Under the pieces are notes generated by a model that was not told where the DNA came from, searched no databases, and saw only the letters and a program-made list of their open reading frames with translations. Below are positions 25,251-38,699 of a stretch of 64,000 nucleotides of DNA, piece by piece. A program made the position numbers and the translations under genes. Positions within the stretch are counted from its first letter, which is position 1; the number at the start of each line of letters is the position of its first letter. This stretch comes from Podarcis erhardii (taxonomy: Eukaryota). The DNA is taken from NCBI GenBank assembly GCA_964252035.1, contig OZ176204.1. One strand, given 5' to 3'.

Positions 25251-27409
25251 ATAGTTTAAGCACATAGCGCTTAAACTAGTGTAAAAGCAATATATGTTAA
25301 TGGTGTGTATATAAACCTAAGATAACTGGTAAATATGATCACATTTACAACATTTTTCTGTCATCTGTTTGTTTCTGGGACCAATGCAAAGTGCTGTCTT
25401 TAACCTTTAAAGCACTAACCAGCTTGCAGCCATATAATCTGAAGGGTTGTCTTGTCCCATAGATACCTGTCAGGGCTTTGAAATCCTCAATGATGGCTGG
25501 GGTGCTTCTTCAGGTTCTCCCACCTACTAATTTGAGGTTGATAACTACTCGATAAGAGCTTCTGGGTGGTATTTATGGAATGGCCCTACCAGAGAGTCTT
25601 GCTTGGTGCTGACATTGTTTAGTCTTTTAACTGTCATGTAAAAATACCTTTTGTGTTCTCCCAAGCCCTTTAATTTTAATTATAATGGCTATGTATACCT
25701 GGTACATTAGTTCTTTGTGCCAACTTTCCCCTTTTCTGGTTTTAAATTTACTGGTCTGAAATTGTTGCAGCAACTATTCATTTATTTATATATACATCTA
25801 CCCATCTTTCTATCTATCTACCCTGCCGTTGTGTTTTTCAAAATCGTCTTGATTGTTTACTGAGCCAGTTGAACTCAGTGATAGATAGGTGTAATAAGTA
25901 AATGTGGTATACAAATGAAATACAGAAAGAAAAAGCATTAAATTAATAAGAGAGCTGGGTATTTTAGAATACTGTATCACTTTAACTGAACGCCATATTT
26001 CACACAACTTTCTCCTTTTTTCAAAACTAAGCTGCAACTCTCATTAGACCCTTTGGCTGCATGACTTTAGACCTTGGCCCCAGGGTCCAGCCCTAGATGC
26101 ACCAACGTTTGTAATCCATGAAGGGGGTTTCTGTCATCACTGAATATCCACATTATCCATCTAGAGAGCTTCTTCCCCATTCCCCCACAATGTATTTCCC
26201 ATGTCTTGGTTATTTGTTCTTACAAAACTCTGCAAGTCCCTGAAAACAGAGAAAGTGCTTAACACTGGCTTAAATATAGTGCAGCCAATGTTGCACAGTA
26301 ATTACTTTTATCTATCATCAAATTTAGTTTCGAGGATCTGGCTCTGTGAATGGAGCTGGTGATCAAATGCTCTATCACACTGATATTTTTCACGGGAAAA
26401 ATACTGCTTCCAGAACAAGACAGAGCACCTATACAAAGCAGCAGTGACAGCAAGCAGAAAGAGACGGGTGAAATTAACAGTCTGGTCCTATATATGTAAG
26501 AGAATACGAGTGTTGAGGTCAAAATTACACTGGACTGCTACTGAAAACAGATGCCATCCCCAATTATGTAACATCTAGTTGAACTTATCCCTAGGGTTGG
26601 CTCCAATGTTAATGAGGAGATTCTTGTGAAAATGTCACCTAGTGGGCCATCCTACTGGTGTTCTTCATGGGCAAGCTGAGAAATAAGGTGGCCAGATGCA
26701 AAGAGGACAGAGCTCCTATACCTTTCACAGTTCTGTAGAAAAGGTAAATCTTAGCAGGCATAGTTTGTATTACAACTCATAATCATGCAGGAGGCCTATC
26801 TTCTTTTGCACCTGGCAAAGCCAGTATTTAAATGTTCCCAAAACTTCCTAGCATGATGCCACATTGGGTACCCTGAGGGACTGTGGTAAAATTAAACGGC
26901 CAGGTTCCATCCACCATAGGGAGACAGGGTAGGTGCCAGTAGACCTTGCTAGGATATTGGGACCAAATTCCTACCCTTACCTCTCAGAACTTGACAACCA
27001 CTGGAAGGCCTAAAGCAGGTGTGGGGAACCTTTGGGTCTCCAGATGTTACTAAAGTACATCTTCTATCATCCCCTGTCAACATCTGAAGGGCCAAAAGCT
27101 CCTCACACCTGATCTAAGCAACTAGTGACATTATGTGGTCATGCTTGGGGATAGGGCAGCAGACTCAGTTTTCATTATGACCTAAGAACAATACTTGCTG
27201 ACCTCCAGATGCTGTTTGACTACAGCTGCTATCATCCATGACCTTTGGCCAAGGTGGATGGGACTGATGGGAGCTGGAGTCAAACAACCTCTGGAGAACC
27301 ACATACTGCATTACCTACCCATTGTACTAGACTTGTAGAGAGATCCTAGGTGCAGAAAGTTGGACTGTCCTCTCCTCAGGCCAGGTTTCTTTCTTAACTC
27401 ATAGGCAGG

Positions 27410-27960
27410 GCCTTCCCAGTTTCTTCCCCTGTCTTCCTTTGATGTCCACTCTTGGCTGCCTTTTTTCTACTCTCACCCCTTTTTTCTACTCTCACGCCTC
27501 TACTTCTACCCCACCCCGATCCCATCAGCTGGCTTCCTTAACTGCTGTTTTTTTCTCCTACCTCTTCTGAGCATTCTCTCTCATCTCCCCGGTAACCAAC
27601 TGTACTCAACTGCCTGCCACTCCATTCTGATCCTCCCAACTGGCCTGTGGTATTCTTGTAGGTTTGGGAACAGTGAGGAGACCTTGCAGTTGGCTTGCCT
27701 GAATGCCAGGAAGCAGCAGGAGTCAGGACAACTTCAATAGTTTTATTTATTTGTGAATAGCAGATCAACAGAATAACAGTTAGGACTTGCTGCACAGGTA
27801 AGGCTAAGAGTCCAGCTAGTTCCCACCAAGCTTTGGAGGGAACCACAGACACCCAGCAAGGGGAAGGGAGTTTGTTACAGACTTCAGGCCACTCCCTGTG
27901 TAAGGTCCATTGCAAAGGGGAAATCATGAAGGGACCCAAAACCAGCTCCAAGGCAACAGA
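27410..27960 (-). mobile_element. Possible LTR-like element carrying the donor copy of the 200-bp duplication
   Basis: Minus-strand AATAAATAAAACTATTGAAGTTGTCC at about 27730-27755 resembles the AATAAAGTTGTG motif. The boundaries are guessed. Confidence 0.3.
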
Positions 27961-28820
27961 AATCTGGGGCTTTATCCATTGAGGAGAAATTGGAGGGATA
28001 GTAATTACTATCTAAAATTATTGTTGATAGAAGGGTGCATACTGCTAATATGTTTGCACTATATAGTACTATACTAAGGATTACAACAAGGCTACAGAGC
28101 TGGTAGAAATTGTTTTTATTTATTTTTAAAGATGCCTTTACATGGTGCCTATGGATTTCTGCTTGTAATTAGGTGACCTCCACCCTGTGTCTTTTAGTGC
28201 TGCCGGGGCATTGATTTTCCACAGTTATCTGAAGGTGGAAATAAAACAGACCTTTCATATAGCACCAATAAGAACTCTTCATTACCCAGCAGTGCCTTTC
28301 CCCATGGCCAAGCTATTTCTGCAACATTCACTCACAAGCAAGTCTCATTCAGCTAAGGTGCCTCCAACATTCATAAAATTGATTATTGTTCTAAGTCGGG
28401 GGTGGAGAACCTGTAGCCTTCTGGCAGTTATTGGCTTACAAATCCCATCAGCTCCAACCATTGGTCTTGCTGGCTGTGTCTGGTGGGAGCTGGCATTCAG
28501 CAATATCTGGAAGGCCACTGGTTTCATATCTCTGGCCTATATTCAGCTTGTCTAATTGCTTCCTGTTCCGTACAGCTGAGGGAGATTAGTGTTGAATTAG
28601 CCTTAATTCGTCAGCTTCTGTTCTCTCTTTGCAGGTGTGCTACATTTCTAGTTCATAGCCTTCCATTTTTCTTCTTTCTTTTATAGAAAAAAGTGCATTA
28701 TTTTTCTATAAAGCAAGAGAAACATTGAAAGGAAATCAGTAATTTAACACATACAGAAATAGAGGACAGGAGCTGACTAAAGGGGCAATTCATCACTAAT
28801 CACCAGGTTAGACTGAATAC

Positions 28821-28961
28821 CAAGTAATAGAGCAGGTGGAGCCACCATAATAATATTCTTTGCGGCACTTCTCATAAAAGTGAGTGAACCGGCAATGGGA
28901 GTTCCCGATAAAAGAGCTAGTACGGAAGTAACTTTAGTCTGAACATTGTAAATGGTATAAA
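28821..28961 (-). CDS. Candidate 141-nt exon (VYTIYNVQTKVTSVLALLSGTPIAGSLTFMRSAAKNIIMVAPPALLL); unrecognised
   Basis: Acceptor TTCTCTTTTTATTCACAG, open frame, four CpGs; the donor (TTG/GTATTC) is weak. Confidence 0.2.
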
Positions 28962-29681
28962 CTGTGAATAAAAAGAGAATGATTGATTGATTGCTCCCAA
29001 TATGCGGCTTATCAGAGTCTATTAAATGACATAGAACATGGCAGTTTAGGTAAGGAGCAGTGACTGGTTTTGATCCCATTTTCTAAAGTGAACATCAGTT
29101 GGGGTATATCCTGTCCCAGAAGTCCCCATGCTTGTTTCTTCCCCTTTAAGACCTATAGTGAAAATATAAGCAACATTTCTGAGTTTCTATTTTCTAGCAT
29201 AAAGGGAGTCATTTAAACCCCTACAAACCTTTAACACAAGGCTCATCCAGACTTGTGCTTGTCCCATGCCTAGAAAGCAAGAGTCTGAGCAGTTTTGCAC
29301 TTGTCCCACACTGCTTTCCCCTGAAAAACCTGCTCTTTAGTAATAAATCAGAGCAAATATCAATCTGGAGAAACCCTGATTGATGTTCGCTCCAATTCAG
29401 CAGTAAATACTGGGTTTCCCAGGGAGAAGAAGGTGGGACAAGGGCAAGTCTGGTTGAGCCCTTTGCCTAACTTTTCTAAGTGAAATCCTCATAAAATTGT
29501 AGGAACTGAAATGGAAATGTGACTATAAAAAAGTCCCTCTGCTCTGAAACCCCAGTGAGTAACTGCCAGTCAGTATTGATGATACTGAGCTCCTTGGACC
29601 ACTGGCTTGACTCAGTATAAGGGAGTTTCCTGCATTCCTAACTCATAGTGCAATTCAGTGTTTTCTTGGACAAATGCATTT

Positions 29682-29852
29682 GTTCAGCGGTAAAGCATCT
29701 GCTTTGCTTGCAAGCCCCCTGAGGTTCAGTCCCCAGCATCTCAATGTATGGCTAGGAGAGAATGCTGCCTGAAGCCCTGCAGAGCTGCTGCCAGCCTATA
29801 CTGAGCTAGATGGACCAATGGTTGACTCAGTATAAGGCAGCTTCCTATGTCC
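29682..29852 (+). mobile_element. tRNA-derived SINE (second family); related decayed copies at about 13170-13262(-), 17790-17950(-), 19205-19335(+), 29535-29635(+) and 45175-45335(-)
   Basis: A-box-like GTTCAGCGGTAAAGCATCTGCTTTG and B-box-like GGTTCAGTCCC, with the shared 3' part CTGAGCTAGATGGACCAATGG..GACTCAGTATAAGGCAGCTTCCT. Confidence 0.75.
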
Positions 29853-31022
29853 CAATTTCTGTATGTTGCTCCTTGATGAAGGAAGCATTTGGAGGCTCCC
29901 CTACAGGTGAAAGGATGCAAGGCCCAAAATATGAAGCTGTTACTTCCACCTCAGCTTTTTACTGGCACATCCATTCCAGCAAAGTGGTTCAGTATGAAAG
30001 GTGGATGCACAGACTTGCCATTGTTTAGGAGATTGGACAGATTTTTAAAAAAAATATTTTGCACATACACAGTTTAATCAATCAATTTATTGTATATAGC
30101 CAAAGGCCTTTACAATGTACAGCAGGGGATAAGAACAAGGCTGAAATCACACAACATGACCTATCAAATTTAAATCAGTTTAATCAAAATAATCAAGATA
30201 GTTGATCATATTTCAGTGAATTTGAATTCTTGTCTTTTGACTTGAGTCATGCACTGGCAATAAATGAACAGTGGACAAGATGCAAAGTAATGAAATATCA
30301 GATTTACACAATCTGGTCCCTTTTCTGCTGTGTCAAGTGTATTAAATTAATATAACTAATTAAAGCAAACCAATGGATCCATATTTTATTGAAATACAGA
30401 GACCAGGACCTACACAAGTGACTATTCTCCCTGCAGACACTTCTAATATGAAGGTGTTAATGGAGCCTTTACCGTGCTGTAAATTGGCACCATCAAATTC
30501 CATGGGCCATTAACAGCAGACATTTCTGGCCTTACTTTCTGAGAGGATATTCACAGACTGAGCCTAAAGGCACTGGCATGAACAATTCCATTGAAATTAA
30601 GTGGGTTTACTTCCACCATTTTTTCATTTATAGGATGCAGAGGAGGGGGGCTGAGGGGAAAATGAATGTCAAATTTACTTAACCCCAGAATCATGTGGCC
30701 TAAACATTGTTTCCCCAAATTCTGATAGCTGAGACACCCATTTCTTTTTCTGAATAAAAATAGGACACACACTTTACTTTGACATGCCAAAAGGTTTGTA
30801 TGCTAAGTGTCCAAGAAGAAAAGTGACCAGCTTCAGTGAATCCCACCTCTTTGTTTCTAAATGAGTCACTGATATGGGCTTGCTGCTTCTTACCCTGATG
30901 GAGGCAAGCCATGACAGCAACTGATGCATAGATCCTACATTTGAAGGCAGGTAGTTTTGCTGCATCTTCACACTGGGAGTCACACAGAAGATTATGTCTG
31001 ATAGGTGGGAAAAACCAGTAGA

Positions 31023-31116
31023 CCTCTAGATGTTGTTGGACTCCAACTCCCATTATCTCTGCCAGCATGGCCAATGGTCAGGGATGGTGGGAGTTGTAGT
31101 CCAGCAACATCTGGAG
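31023..31116. mobile_element. Palindromic MITE family (other copies at about 12960-13072, 27021-27112, 27200-27305, 28400-28520 and 42665-42815)
   Basis: Arms CTCTAGATGTTGTTGGACTCCAACTCCCA / TGGGAGTTGTAGTCCAGCAACATCTGGAG flank CCAGCATGGCCAATGGTCAGGG. Confidence 0.7.
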
Positions 31117-31489
31117 TATCTGAGATTCCCCATGGTAGAACAAACAGAAAAGTCAATGGTCAGGAGTAGGGTCAGAGGGGAAATAACCCATGAAAATCAA
31201 TGTTATTCCACTTGATTAGGTCCTGTGGGGGGTGAGTACCTCTAGTTCCATCCTTGATGGTGACTTAATCTTACAAGGATTCAGGAGGTCTCAAAAAGTA
31301 AACATTTTAATGACTTATTTGAGAACAAATTAGGCTGATCTCTGTCAGTGCACCCTTTAGCCTGTGGACATGGTCTATGTGGAAAGCCTATGGTATTTGA
31401 GATGCTCTAGTTCTGAAAAAGCGATTAAAGGAGAACATGGTTGAAGTTCATAAAACAAGATGAAAGATGAAAAAAATCTTTTTAAATAA

Positions 31490-33965
31490 TTCCAGTGGCA
31501 CCTTTAAGATCAACTAAATATAAGCTTTTAAGGTATGAGCTTTCGTGTGTAATACACACATCGTCAGATACTCTGAAGCAGAGGTTGCTTCAGCCTTATA
31601 ACTGTTGATGACTGTTATGGCAGTTGGTTTCAAAGGGAAGGGCAAGGGATTTTTACAGGGATAGATGACCAAAATTAGCTTTAGTATGTATAATGGGATA
31701 TGAATCCAATATCTGCAGGGAGGTGGGACCAATTCGGATGGTCTGCCCCCGCCACTTAATGGATCCAAATGGTTTCCAGAGAGTGGTAGGGGATGCTTTA
31801 TCCCATGTTAATGGCCTTTCAGCTGATTCCCTGGTGGCCCGCTGGAATGTGGAGTTAACCAGGGCTATTGACAGTTTGGCTCCGAAGCGCCCTCTCCGAT
31901 TGCATGGAGCCCGGACAGCCCCGTGGTTTTCCACAGATCTGAGGGCAATGAAACAATCGTTGAGACGCCTAGAGCGCCGGTGGCGGATAACTCATTCCGA
32001 ATCTGACCGGATACAGGTTAGAGCTCAACGTCAAGCCTACCAAGTGGCGATAGCGACGGCGAAGAAGAATTTCTTCACCGCCTCTATTGCATCTGCAGAA
32101 AACAGCAGCAGGAGACTTTTTCAGGTGGTTCACAATTTAGCAGAACCACCTGCAACATCGGGGCCCAGTACGGGCCACATGTTCTCCTGCAATGATTTTG
32201 CAAAGTTTTTTGCAGATAAAATCGCTCAGATTCGGGAAGAAGTAGACTCCACCGTGGGAGCAGGGCCAGGGCGGGAGAGTGCTAGAGTTCTGGCTAGTCA
32301 AGTTGAGTGGGATCAGTTCCAATCTGTTACCTCCGAGGATGTGGACAGGCTGCTTGGACGAGTGAAGCCAACCACCTGTCTCCTGGATCCTTGCCCAGCC
32401 TGGCTTATAAAAGCTAGCCGGGAAGGACTGGGCGATGGGCTTCGTGGGGTGGTGAATGCTTCCCTCCGTGAGGGAGCCTTCCCAGACCCGCTGAAAGAGG
32501 CGGTTATTAAACCGCTTCTTAAAAAAACATCTTTAGATGCGGCCACGATGGCCAACTATCGCCCAGTCTCAAATCTTCCATTCTTGGGCAAGGTGATTGA
32601 GCGAGCGGTGGCCGAACAACTCCAGGCACGCCTGGAAGAAGCGGACCATTTGGATCCCTTCCAGTCGGGATTCAGGCCTCATCATGGGACTGAAACTGCC
32701 TTGGTCGCACTGGTTGATGATCTCCAGCGGGCTAGGGACAAAGGTGAGAGCTGTTTCCTAGTTCTGCTGGATCTCTCAGCGGCGTTTGATACCAGCGACC
32801 ATAACATCCTTCTGAACCGTCTTGAGGGGCTGGGAGCTGGGGGCACTGTCATACAGTGGTTCCGCTCCTTCCTCCTGGGCCGTGTTCAGAAAGTGGTGGT
32901 GGGGAATGAGTGTTCAGACCCCTGGGCTCTCACTTGTGGGGTGCCTCAGGGTTCCGTCCTCTCCACCATGCTTTTCAACATTTACATGCAGCCTCTGGGA
33001 GAGATCATCAGGAGGTTTGGGCTGGGTGTTCATCAGTATGCGGATGATACCCAGCTCTACCTCTCTTTTAAATCAGAACCAGTGAAGGCGGTGAAGGTCC
33101 TGTGTGAGTGTCTGGAGGCGGTTGGAGGATGGATGGCGGCTAACAGATTGAGGTTGAATCCTGACAAGACAGAAGTACTGTTTTGGGGGGACAGGAGGTG
33201 GGCAGGTGTGGAGGATCCCCTGGTCCTGAATGGGGTAACTGTGCCCCTGAAGGACCAGGTGCGCAGCCTGGGAGTCATTTTGGACTCACAGCTGTCCATG
33301 GAGGCACAGGTCAAATCTGTGTCCAGGGCAGCTGTTTACCAGCTCCATCTGGTACGTAGGCTGAGACCCTATCTGCCTGCGGACTGTCTCGCCAGAGTGG
33401 TGCATGCTCTGGTTATCTCCCGCTTGGACTACTGCAATGCACTCTACGTGGGGCTACCTTTGAAGGTGACTCGGAAACTACAACTAATCCAGAATGCGGC
33501 AGCTAGACTGGTGACTGGGGGCGGCCGCCGAGACCATATAACACCGGTCTTGAAAGACCTACATTGGCTCCCAGTACATTTCCGAGCACAATTCAAAGTG
33601 TTGGTGCTGACCTTTAAAGCCCTAAACGGCCTCGGTCCAGTATACCTGAAGGAGCGTCTCCACCCCCATCGTTCTGCCCGGACGCTGAGGTCCAGTGCCT
33701 AGGGCCTTCTGGCGGTTCCCTCATTGCGAGAAGCAAAGCTACAGGGAACCAGGCAGAGGGCCTTCTCGGTAGTGGCGCCCGCCCTGTGGAACGCCCTCCC
33801 ATCAGATGTCAAAGCGATAAACAACTACCTGACATTCAGAAGACATCTTAAGGCAGCCCTGTTCAGGGAAGTTTTTAATGTGTGATATTTTACTGTATTT
33901 TTGGTTTCTATGGAAGCCGCCCAGAGTGGCTGGGGAGGCCCAGCCAGATGGGCGGGGTAGAAATA

Positions 33966-34016
<51 letters not shown>

Positions 34017-34285
34017 CTCTATTCAGACCAGGTCTCTCCATAGTTTTTAGTTTGGTAATGAGTTGTAATTCAGCAACTTCTCTTTCAAGTGTATTTCTAA
34101 AATTCTTTTGCAGTAAGACAGCCACTCTAAGATCCTGCACAGAATGTCATGGGAGATTGAAGTGCTCTCCTATTGGTTTCTCTTTTTTATGATTCCTGAT
34201 GTCAGATTTATGCCCATTTATCCTTTGGTGTAAAGTTTGTCCTGTTTGTCCAATATAGAAAGCTGAAGGGCACTGTTGGCATTTG
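31490..34285 (-). mobile_element. Penelope-like element 3' part (GIY-YIG endonuclease remnant and 3' region), split by the L2 insertion
   Basis: 34285-34019(-) reads CQQCPSAFYIGQTGQTLHQRINGHKSDIRNHKKEKPIGEHFNLP*HSVQDL...REVAELQLITKLKTMERPGLN. It continues at 31714-31681 as RDIGFISHYTY*. Confidence 0.85.
31715..34016 (+). mobile_element. L2 LINE, 5'-truncated, with a nearly intact RT (ORF to 33702; premature TAG; natural end about 33882) and (TTA)n tail
   Basis: RT motifs [42 protein letters not shown] and YADD. The ORF-track start at 31693 is an artefact of flanking Penelope DNA. Confidence 0.96.
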
Positions 34286-37200
34286 TTTATTATGCTTCTT
34301 ATGGCTATGACAGATCAACACAGCTATCTACTTGAATCTGAAGTTCATAAAATTACTCATGATGTAGAGAAAGTGGCTAGAGAGATGCTTTTCTTCCTCT
34401 CTCACAACACTAATGATCTACAGTTATCCAATGAATTTGCCTGGATAGAACAGACAAGAGAATACATAGCATCCTTCACATAGCACATAGTCAGCTTATA
34501 AAACTTGCTCCCACAAATGTGGTGATGGCTTCGGAAGGGAAATTGATGGCTGAGTGGAGGGGAAGGAAATGGATGACAATGGAGGATCAGTGACTCCCAA
34601 TCAAGATGGGTATACATTCCCTCTGCATTCAGAAGCAGCGTGCTCCAAATTGTTGGGGAAGAACAGGAGAGTGCTGTTGTCATCACCTGCTTAGGGCTTC
34701 CCAGAGACTTCTGCTTAGCCAATGTGGCAAACATGACACTGGACTTGGAAGGCCTGTGGTCTGATCCAGAAGGCCTCTCTCTTTGTTCTAACCATCCACC
34801 ATTGCCACACAGCTGATGCAAAAAAATTGTGGAGGAACCAATTTCTGGGTTTTATTCACATTTTCCGGTGTTAGATTTGAAAATCATGGGAGTATCTTCA
34901 CCCAGTTTTATCCTGTGCTTGATCAGGTTTGTTGCCGTGCAACTCTGTCTCTCTATTTCCATGGAAATATGGATTAATATATCATGCACAATCTGCTTGT
35001 GGTTAGTTTTCACGCACAACCACGGCTTAACTCGCTAGAGCTTACTTACCATGTTGACAGTACACTTATATTTTGTGAACATAAGTATTATTCTAAAGAG
35101 ATTGTTCACTTCTAAACTTGACTTGATTGCTTCCAAATTGTGAATATTCCAAACTGATAGCATAGTTCTTGAGGGAATAGCCAATACTTAAGGCCAAAAA
35201 TAATTTACCAGCATTATTTCTAGGAAGGTAGCATTTACTTGCACTGTTTTTCTCTTGCTAAATGAAGACTATAATCTTGTTTCCTAGCATCTTGAAAACA
35301 GAAATCCAAATCAATGTACCACTTTCACTAACAGTTGAGCTTTTTGAGACGTGCCCTTGGGGTGATCTGGGCACATTTTCATTATTTTCTGATGTTAAAA
35401 GGCCAATTGCAGAGGGAGGAGCAGCTGAGCAGTGACATTTAACAACAGCAATTGGGTAACCAGCATATCATTTTAACTCTAATATCTCAAACTAGTCTGA
35501 AGAGCAGAGAAGTGTGTTATATCTGTGGAAAGGATAGCTAGGTTGGTATTTGGCTACAATATCTGAATATAGGATTCATGACACTGGCCAAATGGTAATG
35601 GGAGTGTTGCTCATCTTTGTGCATGCCCAATGCCAAATCTGTGTTTGCCAGAACCCAAATTAATTCACAGTGAGGAATCTGCTTGGTTCCTTTATCTAGC
35701 ACAGTTTCATTTAGCCATCGTTGGTGTGTTTCCTATACAATGAAATACAAGCAACACTCCAAATTTTAAGCAAATTCTGGCTCAGCAAGGCTGAACGTTT
35801 ACACAAAGGCATATTGCGAAACACAGTTCCAACACTTCAGGACACTCTATGAAAAGGACTTTTATTCTTAAAACCAGTGGTTTTGGACTTAGGGCTCTTT
35901 CCAAGATTACCTCAATGACATGGGAGGCATTGCAACATGTCGTCTTCCCACACTGCTCTAGTACATTGGAAGCCCCACATCATTTTCATTTCATTTTCAC
36001 TTTTAATTTGTATACTGCCTTTCTATATTACTATACACAAGGCAGCAAATAGACAGCAAAGATCACACACCTAATAATAATCTGATCCAATACAAAAAAT
36101 CATCAGAATTAATGCATAACTTTAACATAAACAACTTATAACAAATAAAGCAAAGTCAATAATTCATTAGACTATAATAGTAAACAGTAAAATTAAATGT
36201 CAGCAAATAATAATTAAACAGTTTACACTTAACAATTACAACAAATAATTATTAAACTATAATAAATAAAAATAATGGCAAGTCACAATGCATAAAATCC
36301 CATAAAACAAACAAAACCATGTAAAATGATCAATTTGAAAAACAATCACTTGGTGGTGAGAGAAGTTGAGATACTGGACTTCTTACAAGTGATCTTGAAC
36401 TTCTGTCATTCTCTCAGCAAAACAGGAAGGTGACGTGCTAGCTCCCATATTGCTTGGGAAACCTCTTGTTGAAGGGACTATAAAAATTAGCTAAAATGTT
36501 TGTTTTCATTTGAATGCAACTGTGGCACAATGTCAGATTCATTGGCAAAAGTAATTTGGCTCAGCAGTAGACTTCATCAGACACTCACCTCTGCATGTTT
36601 GCAGAACACAGGCAGGCAGGCTCAAGCAAACATGCTAACTCTGCCCACATTGTCCCCATCCCAGATTACCTGTATGCTTCAGATCTTTGCATGTTAAGTG
36701 GGGTGGGGGTGGGGAATTGTTTATGTTTGGCTGAAGACCCTTGGAAACCTCCCCTGCACAATGGGGGTTCACATTTATGTGGAAAATCCTAAGCATATTC
36801 ATCTGAATGTGCTAAGATTTCTTTTTCAGACCACCTGCTTGATGCACGAAGGTTGGAGCTGGAGCTGGTGGGAAAACTGGAGGCATGCCCAGTGTATTTA
36901 TTGTTGTAAAGGGGAGGTTGATTTAGCCCTATTAATTTCTACTTGCCCTTCCGTACATTCAGACTAAAGACCTGAAGAGGGCCAGGGTCTCATACTTCAT
37001 TTATGTGGATTTCTCAGCAAAAGTTTGGAAGATTTTCATGCCCAAGTAGGTTTCTTCCTCTGTTAAGCTGAGTAGTTCTTTAGAATCCTCCTCCCTTAAA
37101 AATTAATGCTTGATATTTACTGCAGATGCATAAACTTAACGTAGGTCAATATTTTGACTGAAAGGAGAGGCAGATGGGTTGAGAGAGAACAAAACATTCT

Positions 37201-37894
37201 GTTGAATGATCAGATTCCATGAGATGAAAGTCTCGTTCTTAAGATATTGCAGATATTAGGATAAAACCATGGGAATCTCTCCTAGAATTAAAGCAAAAAG
37301 CAAAAAATCTTCAAGCCTGATTCATTCAAAGTTCATGGAGTTTTTATTAGTTCCGTATAAACCCAATTAACAATTTAGGGGGAAAATGGAATAAGAGAAG
37401 CTGGTAAAGGCAATATTTGGTGGTGAAGATATAAAGTTCTCTTTATAGGGGACAAGTAGGAACAAAATGGGGAAGAGAGAACACTATCATTGTTACTTCG
37501 GTTTGCTTGGACTTTTATGTTAATGGACCTAATTCCACTGACCAGAGCCAGCATGCGGGAGAGATTAGCTTACAACAAGTGGTGACAGGCGGGTACCTCA
37601 TCAACTGAATGCAAAGCCATAGGATCCCAAATGTATAGTGAGTAAAAAATAATGTGGAGGTTTTCCTGGCTTCCTACTGGTGTGTGCAGCTCAAAGGAAT
37701 CCATGTTTGTAAATGAGGTCTGAGTGGCATCCATGGTCCTTACCTGGGTGTGTGTGCGCACGCTATGGCACTTTTCACTAAAATATTGACCACAAATATT
37801 GTATGGTGGTCAGATGCCTTTTGTTTGAGAAACATACAGAGGAAGCAGGAAGGAAGAGAAAGGAGCCTCCTTTGTTTAATAGGGTAGATTTCTA

Positions 37895-38538
37895 TACAGT
37901 GGTACCTTGGCACACAAACGCCTTGGTTGTCAAACACTGAAAACCCAAAAGTAAGTGTTCCAGTTTTCCAATGTTTTTCGGAAACCAAACGTCTGATGTG
38001 GCTGTTGTTTATTGTTTCCAGGGCACCTGCACCAATCAGAAGCTGCGCCTTGATTTTCGAACATTTCAGAAGTTTGGCGCTTTTGTTTTTGCTAATTTTT
38101 TATGTTTTTGTTTTTGAGGCTTTTTCAGTTAATTTGTTTTTGTGACTGTGTGGAACCCAGTTCAGCTACTGATTGAGTGAGTGAGTGAGTGAGTGAGTGA
38201 GCGACTGCGGAAATGGATAAAAGCCCCCCATACAAACAATGACTATCATCAGTGCAGGTTAGAAATAAATTAATGTTAATTTTTATCATCTACAATATTG
38301 TCTAGTTTATTTTATAGTACAGAACATTGATTATTACTTTCATTTTATGGATCTATTGTCTTGTTAGATAGTAAAATTCATGTTAAATTGCTGTTTCAGG
38401 GGTTGTTTTTAAAAGTCTAGAATGGATTAATCTGTTTTGCATTACTTTCTATGAGAAAGTGTGCTCTGATTTTGGAACGTGTTGGTTTTGGAACAGACTT
38501 CCGAATGGATTCAGTTTGTGAACTAAGGTACCACTGTA
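37895..38538. mobile_element. Longer Tc1/mariner (Tigger-like) non-autonomous element containing a (GAGT)n tract; shorter relative at 61647-61892
   Basis: TA-CAGTGGTACCTT...AAGGTACCACTG-TA. The 61.6 kb copy has TA-CAGTCGT...ACGACTG-TA and shares CCAATCAGAAGC-like interior motifs. Confidence 0.85.
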
Positions 38539-38699
38539 TGTAGGGAGGTTTTGTTTATGTAGAATAGCCTTGAACCAGGATTCTCCATCTGAAGCCTTGT
38601 GGCAGTGTCACACAAGAGCTGACTGTGCAGCAGAGCTCCAGGATAAAGCAATTGCAGTGGCAAATTAAAATTCTGGCCTGTATTTGTTCAGCTGGTCAT

